NCBI GenBank assembly: GCA_964106645.2
Contig: OZ067040.1
Length of the DNA: 64,000 bases
Source of the DNA: Podarcis pityusensis
Taxonomy: Eukaryota
Strand: one strand, 5' to 3'
Shown: positions 53,485-64,000 of the stretch, one piece after another
Layout of the letters: every line of letters begins with the position of its first letter
Numbering within the stretch: the first letter of the stretch is position 1
Notes under the pieces: generated by a model
What the model saw: only the letters and a program-made list of their open reading frames with translations
Told to the model about the DNA's origin: nothing
Database searches by the model: none
Position numbers and translations under genes: made by a program

Positions 53485-56400
53485 GTTTAGAGAGACGGGG
53501 GAGCATTCCATCAGGTGAGCAGCCTGAAGTGGTACAGCTACTTCAGGAGATGCAACCAGCACCCAACGTTATACGTATATCAGACAGAGTTTCGCTCAGC
53601 AAACACGCTGCAGCACGATCTGCTCTTGAATGTGGACATAGTTCAGCCCTGGACCAAAGGAAGTGGCTGCAGTAGACATCTCGATACCTTCTCAGGTAGT
53701 CAGCCCGCCGTGGGTTTTTCCTAATCTACAGAAGAAAAGCTTGTCACGTTCTTTTTAGCCGAAGAGGCTCGGGCTGAACCTCAGCGGGTTGCGGATCGCG
53801 CGGCCGTGGTCACTCTGTCCTTCCAATTCTCCAGCAACAGTCATATACTTGAGAGCCACTCTCCGTGTCTGTCCTGGTCCCTCAAAAGCTGGACTGAAGC
53901 AACCACCTGTCTTGGCCCCCTCCGACCTCTAGTCTAGCCAAGGCCCCCTAAGAGGCCTCTTCTCTGCTCTACCGCTGAGCCACGGCCCTTGTGCTACAAA
54001 CCAGGCTCGCAGGAGACGGAGGGAATGCGCGTGCAGCCCACCTTGACCTAAACCCAAGTATTGCTTCTTAATTGGATTGTTGTTGATGAGAAAGGAGTTA
54101 CGGAAGGTCCCCCCCCCCTCCTCTCCCCCGTCTCCCTCCCTCCCTTCTACTGAGTGCTTAAATAAAAGTGCTTAAATAATGCCATCTTTCCAGATGGCCT
54201 GATCTGCTTTTACTCTCGACAGCAACAGGAGATTCACGGCTGGCATGCGCGGCACTTTCTGGTTCAGGTTGCCAAGGCGCTTCCAAATTCATCGATCCGG
54301 GTTCACGAGAGACAGAAAGCAGGAACAAGCCCTACTCGGAAGTTAAATCCCACTGAGTTTCTCCCAAGCTAAAGCAACTTCAGTCAGAACTGCAGCTAAA
54401 GCTAAAAGTCCCATGAACCACATTGGATTTCTCCAAGGAGCAGGCAGGCAGTTTTACAGACATTTGGCCGACTGTATCGCTTTCAATCCCAGTCTCTGGG
54501 AAGGGTTTCCCCCCTCGCTTTTTTCTCTGAGGTCAGCGCTCTCGGGTTGACTGTTGAGATTCCTTACAGGAGTGTGTCCCTCGTTTGGAGACAGTTCACC
54601 AAACGAAAACCTGGTCCGAATCCAGGATGGTGGTTGTTTTTATCTCGATCATCCCCACCCCGCCCACCAAGTCTGCCCTGAAACACCCAAGTTTGCGTTT
54701 AAACTGTGCAGTCCTATACATGCCTGCTCAGAACTTTGAGTTCAGTTCCGTGAGACTTACACCCAGCTAAATTCGCGTCTAAGACTGTCGATATAGAGTC
54801 TGGAGCCGTATAGATATGGAGCCAAGGTACCGCCAAGGTCCCACGTGAGGCAGAGGCCTTCTGAGAATGCATTCTGCGCTTCTCGGAAGTTTGCTGATTG
54901 ACTATTTTGCTTATTAATGCTCACATTAAAATTCATAATACGTATTAATCTGTCTCTCCTCCGCTCTGGACTCAGAGGAGAGCAGGAAGAACAACTGTGG
55001 CGCATCTGCTTACTCAGATTCGGCTCAGTCTCCCTGAAGGCTCCAGACGAGGAAGGACTGAGTGGAGTTTGCCACATCCCAGGCTTGGCAGAGGCATGCG
55101 CAGTCTTTGACCCAACCCATTTCCCTCACCACGTGGCGGCCCTTCAGCCTCTTGGTTTGTCGAGGAGACCCTGGTCATCAGGCGGCCATTTCAGCCTGCA
55201 GCTTAGAAAATGAGCACCTTTTAAACCCCCTCAGCAGACACTTCACCACTTTCTCGCTTATTTTAAGGCTTCGAGGATTAATACTAATTCTACCCAGCGA
55301 TATTATCCAGTGTCCTCTCCCCTCCCCAAAAAGAAGGCAGGAAAGCGAAGCGCTTGACTTCGAACTGGGTTGAATTGAAACACACAAATTCGAGTATTCG
55401 AATCCTAGGGGCTGGAGCAACCTCGACAAAATCAGGCATGCCTCCGACACCACCGGCCGGATTATTGGGGAAACTGGGATTATTGAGGAATGCCGCAGTC
55501 CTGTACACATTTAACCGGGCGGAGAGTAAGTCTCATTGGGATTTACTGCTGAGTAGATGTGCATAGGACTGAGCTGTAAATGGCTCGCACACAATCAGAG
55601 GAAAGGGGACTTGGACTGTCAGTCCTTTTAAGCGATTGTTTCAAGGGACCTCAAATTTCCTCGTTTCCGTGTATTTATTTAGGATGGTGTGTGTGTGAGG
55701 GGTGTGTGTGCTCTGATTACTGAGAACAAGAACCAAAGCCCCACACCGAGGAGGCTGACTTTTCACTTCGACAGACCCGGGTTCTGCCATATTTAGGTAT
55801 CCAGTTCACGATATTTATTAACTAACTTTACGCTGGATCGGCTCAGATTCGACCTTACAGAACCATCAGTTGCTAGCGACCTCTACAAAATTTACGACCC
55901 TGCCCATTAAAAAGCACAAATCAGCTCTGTTTACATGCATATAAAAATGTACGCAGAAACAAAGTGCTGTTTGTCTTTAATAATAAGTGGAATCCGGTGG
56001 TTTAATATGCTGTGATTTAAATAATATCAATAAACGGTATATGTGTAAAATGTTTTATCCACACAAACCCCACTGCCACAAGTTTTTAAAAAAGAAAATC
56101 GTTAGGAAGCAGAACAGATATGGATTCATTCAGCCTTGGCAAGCAGAATCGTATTTTACCAGGAAAATAGACAAGTGAAAATAGATGAATCATATGCTCA
56201 CTTACCTGGGGAAAAGTCCCATTAAACTCTATAGTATTGCTCTGTTAATCAGACCCATAAAACGATTCCGTTTTCCATGCTAACCATAACAACAGAGGAG
56301 GGGGGAAATTAACATTTCGTCCTGAAATCCTTGGGGAAGGGGGGTGAGGATGAATTATTTCACCACCTACTAACCTCACGACTGATGAAAATATCTGCAA

Positions 56401-56945
56401 ACATCTTATTAATTAATACCATTACCACCACCACCATCATCATTTTTTTTATTCTGGCGATCGAGGCGGCTTTCCGCGAAGAAATTACGGTTTTTGCCAA
56501 TCAGCCTGACCTCTGCTTTTCTCAGCCATAAATTTGCTTTTGGAGCAGTTATGCCGGGGCTTTCGTTCTGCACTTCACATTTCAAGTCCACATCAAAACT
56601 GGAATCAAACAAAGGGAGGCAGCTTAAAGGCTTTTAAATGAGAAAAACGTCTGTAAGAAAATAAACACTGAAACCCAATGCTCAATCATTTCCCTCAGCA
56701 GCAAGAAAAACAGCATTAAATCACCGATCCACGTGGGAAAGGGGGTTGTTGTTTTTTCTGCCTTTTCTCCCCTTTGTTGTTTTTGTTTTAAATACCGCCT
56801 CCCAACTAAAACAAGGCAATGGATTTCAATACTGAAACGCTAAACGCATTTATTTATTTAACAAAATAGTAGCTGCAAAATTATGGAGTGTAGAACTGTC
56901 GAGCTGCATTGCTAAGCGATTTTGAGTAACCCTAAGCTGAGCGGC

Positions 56946-57297
56946 GGGGGACGCGGGTGGTGCTGTGGGTAAAAGCCTCAGCGCCTAGGGCTTGCCAATC
57001 GAAAGGTCGGCGGTTCGAATCCCCGCGGCGGGGGGCGCTCCCTTGCTCGGTCCCAGTGCCTGCCAACCTAGCAGTTCGAAAGCACCCCCGGGTGCAAGTA
57101 GATAAATAGGGACCGCTTACTAGCGGGAAGGTAAACGGCGTTCCGTGTGCGGCTCTGGCTCGCCAGAGCAGCCTTGTCACGCTGGCCACGTGACCCGGAA
57201 GTGTCTCCGGACAGCGCTGGCCCCCGGCCTCTTGAGTGAGATGGGCGCACAACCCTAAAGTCGGACACGACTGGCCCGTACGGGGCAGGGGTACCTT
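56946..57297 (+). mobile_element. Sauria SINE, full length, divergent subfamily, with 13-bp TSD
   Basis: Head gggacgcgggtggtgctgtggg, B box ggttcgaatcc, tail gtaccttt. Flanked by TAAGCTGAGCGGC (56933-56945) and TAAGCGGAGCGGC (57298-57310). Confidence 0.92.
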
Positions 57298-58088
57298 TAA
57301 GCGGAGCGGCAAGAAGCTGCCGGTGCCTGTTCAAAACGCATGTCCCATTCAGTTTAATGGGGCTTACTGCTTGGTAAGTGGATATAGGATTGCCGCCTGA
57401 TCGCAGCGTCCAGAATCCAACTAGTGATAGATTAACAGTATATATGTTTTCAAAATCCTCGCATTTCCTTATTTTTACTATCAAAAAATGATGTCAAGCG
57501 CCTGTTTAATCCGCCAGTCGGCCCACCCCAATGGAGATGGGATGATTTCAGAAGGAGGGTGTGTGTGTGTTTCTGGTCACGTAGTGCATAACGTACACAT
57601 AGATAAACCCACGCACGCACAATGCACACAAACACAAACCCCACATATATATCTCAAACAATCGGAAAAATAGGAGAACACCGGGTGAGTTGAAATCAAT
57701 GAACATTTTCATAATTATAAATCGACGTGAGAACCGCGCGGAAATTCCCTCCACGCGTTGTTCCTGTTTTAACTTGCACTTTTACTTTTGAAACACCGCA
57801 AAAGAAGTACAGCAACGAAGGTAGCAAGCCCTTTTTCGATTTAAGGCCTGCGGGAAGGATTGCCTACCTCACTCTTGCTGTCGTTAACCTTACAGCTCTT
57901 TTTGAAAACAACAGCAACAAACGATTGTTCTAGAGAAGAAATGAATACTTGGAGGCAAAAACTCTGGACTTTTGGACCGCTATTCTCCTTCCTAGAGGTC
58001 TAATTCTTGTAGCCCTTTTCAGAGAACGGTGCAATCCAGCTCCGTCCAGTCCACACCCGCCCATTCCTCACACATAAACAGCTTTCGT

Positions 58089-58190
58089 TCGTATCTGAAG
58101 AAGTGTGCATGCACACGAAAGCTTATACCAATAACTTAGTTGGTCTCTAAGGTGCTATTGGAAGGATTTTTTTTATTTTTTTATTTTTGT
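58089..58190 (+). mobile_element. Penelope-like retroelement terminal (pLTR) fragment
   Basis: gtatctgaagaagtgtgcatgcacacgaaagcttataccaataacttagttggtctctaaggtgctattggaagg followed by a T-rich run. Resembles squamate Penelope ends as I recall them and carries the hammerhead core typical of Penelope-like elements. Confidence 0.75.
58091..58128 (+). ncRNA. Minimal type I hammerhead ribozyme motif
   Basis: Stem I GUAU/AUAC; CUGAAGA at 58095-58101; bulged A; stem II GUGUG-CAUG-CACAC; GAAA at 58117-58120; palindromic AGCU minimal stem III; NUH = CUU with predicted cleavage after 58124. Confidence 0.75.
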
Positions 58191-61100
58191 TCCCATGTAC
58201 CTGAGTTCTCTCCTCTTGAAAGACAGGTGAAGGGAAAAAATGAATCAAACGCCTCACAGTTTCAGTTGCAATTTTTAAGCAAGACTCCTACTGGAACATA
58301 AAAAAAATAATTACGAAATAAGCGAGAGAAATATCAAGCGCGCACACACAAAAATACCGACAACCAACGAACCTTTCCATCGCAACCAACCGGCAGGCGA
58401 AAACCCGCACTTTGTGTTTCAAGGTTAGCTCTAATATTCGTTCCGCAGACCTCTCGGCGTTGCCTGCGTGAACCCTCCTCTCGACCCCTCTGTCTACCTG
58501 CCCCTCGGACTCGCCAGTCAAAATAGCCGTTTTATGTATTTGGGCAGCTATTTCATGCTTTCCACAAACCAATGTAACCGGGTCTATAGTTAATATCCTA
58601 TTTAAATTACCAAAACTTCACTGAGGGACAGCCCCCATGGCTTCAGTGGAACTTGCTTCTGAAGACACCTCATTCCCCCGTGTTTAAAGCAACGAAGACC
58701 ACTCCCTGGTTTGGGCATCGGTTAAAACGTTTCTAGAAATCTATCCGCTATGGTTTATAAACCCTTCCCTATCTGGAGGACCTGGGCCCTTCGATCTAAT
58801 CTTGCACAGGTGTAAAGCAACAGCTACGTAATAACTGGTGGCCCTCAAGCATCTGAATGCAAACGCTGCTTAGGAAATATTTTAGACAAGAGAGACGAAA
58901 AGACGCGTGGCATGCTCCCAAATCGCTGAGCTGTGTTTCTCTCCTTAAAATATTTTACCAAACTTTAGTAATGTTTGGGGAAACAACAACCGCAACAACA
59001 GCTCTCTACAACAGATGGGGCATGGAAGCAAGACAGGCTTGATGGTCTTCTGCAGCATTTCATTCTGCGAATAATGCAACCCTTACAGCAGGGTTCCTTT
59101 AAAAATGGTTCTGTCGTTCAGCTACTTGGCCTGATTTGGCTCAGCCAAGAGTCCTTCGATCCCTAACAGACGGTCCCCGAACTGGGCGCTGACGTAGAAA
59201 GCCTAGCAAGGCGTCGCCATGGCGTCATTCTCTCGTTTGGCTCCGTCACTCGCTCCGTCACTGCTTGTTTCTGGGGAGGAAGTTAGCCGGCTTCTCACCT
59301 TTAAATGTGCTTTTGTCCTTGGAGGAGAGGAGGGGGTGAGAAGAGGAGGAGGGATGTCCCCCCTCTCCCATTTATTTGTAAAAGGATCAAGGCCAGAGCT
59401 CGTTCATAAACACAGGAAGGCGAAACGGAGTCCTGAATTTGACCTTTGCCCTCCAAACCGGCGTGAATACGAATTCACTTAAGATCTCTGGGGACTCGGA
59501 AGTAGAGAGATGCGGTAGGTTTAGCGAGGTCTGGCATTTCCCTTCCTTGCCTTAACGCAACATCTGGAGAGCTCAGGAAAAGGCAGAAAGCGTCATTCCC
59601 ACCCCCACCCCCCAAAAAGAGAATTGGTGCAAAAATAAATTAATCACCTACTACTGTCTGCGATTGCGTGCCACGGCGCGTCCATTCTCACAACACGCCC
59701 AGACCCGGATCCTAAGCAAATCCCACCCTATTCCGCTGAGCATTTCAGGCCCTATGAAAAATTCGGGAGAGAGGCGATGTATTTGCCTGTCTTCAAGAAC
59801 CAGCCAAGAAAAACAAGTCAAAATCCAGAAACCAGCGGTAGCTCCGCTTTTAAGTGAACCTGCTGGCCTTTGATGTGCTAAGGCTTCGATCCCAAGACGT
59901 AGAGGGAGAGGGAGAGGGAGAGAGAGCGCCCTTAGACCTGGGGAATCTAGTCCTACGTTGTTCAGCCGGGCTAAGTTTGCCAGGCCGCTTTAGATCAGAG
60001 GCCCAGCACAGTTGATGGGTTGCTGATGGTGCCACGTGTACTTCAGAGGAAAGAGATGGCTTGATAATACGGGGGAGGGGGGCGGTGAGCCCGTGGCCCT
60101 CCAACGGCTGCTAGACTCCAGCTCCCATCAGCCCAACGTCCAATAGCCAGAGGTGATGGGAGTTGTCATTTAGGATCTGATTCCCCCATCCCTGCCTTGC
60201 CATAGTAACAATAATGGTTTGGACGCCGCTGGTTTGTTTCTGCGTCTGCTTCTAAAGCTCGCTTTCCTCACCCCACTGCTGTTCTCCTTCCTCGCCTTCC
60301 TTCAAGTGGCAATCCTGAACATGCTCAGTCCGGACCACACACAGATAGATCCTGGGACTCCTTCCACATGGATACAACCATTCCACAAGGCAGCTGTGCC
60401 CGAGACCCTGCTTGGCGCCACTGAAATCGATGGGGCTTCATCTAGGCGGCTAGGCTCAGGCCTGTAGGCCCCGATCCCTACCAACGTGCTTGGAAGAAGT
60501 AAGGAAGACCCTCAGCCGAGTCCGAAGCCCAATTAGCTCTTGCAGGCTAATTCTCTCTGCGCCCCTTTCCCAAAATCAAGATATGCAGTGATTTTAACCA
60601 AAACGCAAGCCATCGCATAAGACGCATTCCCCATAACCCTTCCCTACCTTAGCCCACCCATATAAAGAGGATGGTTGAGGTGGGGGTGGGGAGAAAGAGA
60701 GAGAATGAGGGAGAGAGAAGCGGGTGCGTGCTCAGGAAGAAGTTAAATTCCCCTTGCCTGAGGTGGGATTTATTTCCTAATCGCTGGATTTAGGCTTGCT
60801 GTCTAGTGACTGCAATGGGCTTGGAAGCTCCTGGGTGTCGCGCGGTGCCCAGCACGTTTAAGATCGACCTTAATAATTAAAAAATAAAAAAATAAAAAAT
60901 GTGGAGGGAGCCCACTTCGGGCAAGCACCGGAGCCAAAATCCAGGCCAACCTTAGCCATCCGTAGCTGGAGCTGAACACCTTTCAGTAAGATTTTTATTG
61001 AGATCTCCCCATACGATACAAGAATATCACAGCTGCCTAAGATAGAAAACAAGAAAAAGAAGCAAAAGAGAAAGAGACAACAGAGATAAAGGAAGTCCGA

Positions 61101-64000
61101 GCCCCCAAAACTTCTCTCGTTGCCTCCGAGTGTGGCAGACGCTGGGGGCCATTACCCCAGCAGCGGATCTGGCTCGCTTTGCCCTTGACCACCTCAATTC
61201 CCTGATGACTTTCGCTCTCTCTCCTCTCCCCCCACCCCTTTCCTTTCTCTTTCCAGACATTCGCCGGCTTACAAGCCAGGGGGAAGCTGGGACAGAGGAT
61301 CAGCCCTTCTTTGCCTCCTCTGATTGCTCGCAGCCGACAAGCAACACCATATGCTTCTTCTGATCGCACAAGCCCGCGAGGGAGGCGCCGGTAATTGCAC
61401 AGAGCTGCTGCAAAGCACGCTCCGGAGGAAGCCCGCCGGGACCGAGGAAGCGGGCAAATCGTGGCTAATCATCTTTGGAGGAACCCCAAGGGCCCCCCAC
61501 GGGCCCAATACTTCCACAAGTTCCGCGTGGACAGTCGAAAGGAGCCGCCTTTTCGAAAGGGGGAAATTAGGAAGGGAGGGTGCGCATAAAAGGTCTCCAA
61601 AAACTGTGCGCCGGAATGATAAGGTGACTTCATCGCCTTTGCATCTTCTCTCCCTCACCCCAAGAGTGATTAGCACCCTTCTCCTAAACACGGATATTTG
61701 GGAGCAGTGGCTCAGTGTACAACACACACACACAGGTTGGATTGCTTTCCCAAACACAGAGCATTATCCAGCCGAAATTGAGCGCGCTTTAATCCCATCA
61801 GCCGCGGCATAAAGGAATGCGGCACGTGTGGTGTATGCTGGTGAAGTTACCGGCTCTAGCTGGATCATGCCCACCTTGAAATCAAGGGAACTTCCTTGCA
61901 AACAAACGAAAATATGTATGCGCAGAAGGGGAATCTGGAGGTGCCTTGGGTATGTGCAGGACGGTAAAGGGAAAATAATAATCATCATCACATCCCAAAC
62001 TGCCTTGTTTTCATCTAATGCTTGTATAAATAACAGCAAGTTACGTGTTGCAAAGTATGGGTGCGATCCAGCCAAAGTTAATTGTGTTTAAATCCCTCTG
62101 GTTTCTTTTGCTGCTCTCTGAGCATGTGTTTAACTCCCCCGCTTTCGGAAGCTAAAAAGAATGAAAGTTGGATCCTGTTTTACGAAAACAGCCTGATGCA
62201 TATTAATAAGTTGAACTGCACGTTGCAAAATATGCAGAAGGCACAGCTGCGTCACAAGCCCAGTTATTCTGAAGTCCCCTCAATTTCAAAGGAACGTTTT
62301 CTGAGCAAGTATGATTGTAGACTTTCTGGGAAATAAATTCCACTTCAACTTATTTCCAAGTGAATTTGGTCGGGGCTGACTTTCTGTAAAAACAAACACC
62401 TTGCGCTTGTGTTCTCCTCGATTTCATAACTGAAATATCCTGTGGATGCGATCGCCTCACTTCCCCAATAAAACTACATATGTTCTTAAGGCTATAGCTA
62501 TCCTAATGATTTGTTTTCGTTAACTCCGCCGGGAGAAATTCCATTCCCCCCCCCCCCATTTCCTATACCCCCTGGTTTCCTGTTTATCTTTACAAAATAT
62601 TGGTATCATCCTTAGTGAATTTTTCTAACCCCTTGCCTGATTTAAAAATAGCCACTGATCTTATAACGCCAAATATATATTTTAGATTAATCGGGATCAT
62701 ATTCATATCCCGATTCCATGTAGACGGGAAAGGAAGTCTCATTTGGTGACAGCAAAAAACACGAGGGGCCCTTAATCCAAAGAAGAGTTTGGAGCGACGC
62801 AAGGAAGTCCCACGATTCTCTTCCGAGTTCAGTCCCAACATATTTGGGATCCGAGTTTCACAGGAGAAAAGCCCTTGGCTTACTGACGTTTTTAAAGTAC
62901 ACAGGATCCTAGAGTAACAGTCTGATCTTTTTTTTTTTAAAAAAGCAAGTCGAACATTCAGCTAGGCAATGGGAATTTCCTCTTAAAAGCCGTTGCCAGA
63001 GGGGATCGAGGCCGATGTTCCTGGCTTTTCTTTGGATTCCCCCCCTCCCCGTTTGAAGTTTGTCATACCTTATTGTTAAGGAATCCTGTTCTCCCCCCCC
63101 CTTTTTTTAATCACTCTACTCCAGAAAAACACTCCAGCTATTTCCCCCATCCTAATCACCCAGAACGGGCAGTTAACGCGGCCTTGCTTCTTACGAAGAA
63201 CTTTTAACACCAGGAAAGACTGTTTTTGTTTTTCGCTGACTACACCGACGGCCTTGATTCATGCCTTCTCAAAAACCTGGACCCTCGACATCAGTTCCAG
63301 ATGTGCCACGTTCATGCATATTCAAAAGAGGCATTTAAATTCGTCGGCTCCTTCCTCCGCCCCCGCACCTTTCTCCACCGCGACGCGACGCATCTGTCCG
63401 CGGCTGCCTCCCTTTTTTTGCTCGGCACAGAAGCCCAGGGGCTGCGCGCTGTCGATCCATCCATGCAAATATTTAGCCTCGTATTAATTCATTTCCCCCA
63501 CCTTCTCCTCCCTCCTGCCCAATTTATCTACAATAAATATGAGAGAATTGCCCTTTTGAGCAACGCACGTGGCTTCGCCGGGAGGGAGACGCGGGGCGGA
63601 GAGAGAAAATGCATTGTTTGTTTTACTGGAACAAGCAGCTGAGCTCTGAGCCTCGACGTGTTGACAAAGGTGCCAGCGGTTCCCAGCCAAACACATCCTA
63701 TGTACCAAAGGGGAAAGTGTTTATGGGCAGGGAGGGAGAGAGGGGGAGCGAGAGAAGAGAAAGATTTATTTTTGAAAGAGAGTGGGGAACCACTCCAGAG
63801 AGCCGTCTGGTGCGAAATCTACACAGGCCAGAGGAACAGGGCCACGAGGCGACTCCTCCTCGACGGCTCCCCTAGTCCGCTCTTAAACTACTGGACCAGA
63901 TGAGAGGAGGAAGAGGCCAGCACTGCGGGCTTCCTGGGCTATCAAGGACCTCCCCCCCCCCCCGCCCGCTGATTAGGAAATAGGGGTGGGTAGCTGAATC

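Noticed and set aside
61269-61812. Two overlapping 162-aa ORFs on opposite strands
   Set aside because: No homology recognised, non-ATG starts, GC-rich DNA; not the missing bHLH exon
62318-62340. Minus-strand TTTCCCAGAAAGT (FPE) as a possible end of SIM1 exon 1
   Set aside because: Upstream codons do not give SYLKMRVV, and there is no matching phase-1 donor

Overview
Vertebrate (squamate, most likely lacertid lizard, judged from the Sauria-type SINEs) genomic DNA carrying most of the SIM1 gene (single-minded 1, bHLH-PAS transcription factor) on the minus strand. Coding exons 2-11 were located to the base: all flanked by GT..AG, phases compatible, 2135 nt in total, stop at 11988. The ATG/bHLH exon was not found and probably lies beyond 64000. 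A long AT-rich 3' UTR/downstream region occupies about 1-11987. The right half (about 34200-64000) is strikingly CpG-rich. Introns contain Sauria SINEs, CR1 and L2 LINE 3' ends, several hAT-type MITEs with 8-bp target-site duplications, a very abundant ~90-bp palindromic element, and a Penelope-like fragment. Best leads: (1) a minimal type I hammerhead ribozyme core at 58091-58128 with an adjacent 9-nt antisense 'lock'; (2) a ~90-bp palindromic repeat that places perfect CAG|GTAAGT donors in SIM1-sense orientation, one copy forming a complete in-frame 36-nt cryptic or recursive exon just upstream of exon 3; (3) inverted Sauria SINE pairs able to form dsRNA or promote circRNA. All calls were made by eye, with no database searches; comparisons to human SIM1 and to repeat consensus sequences are from memory.
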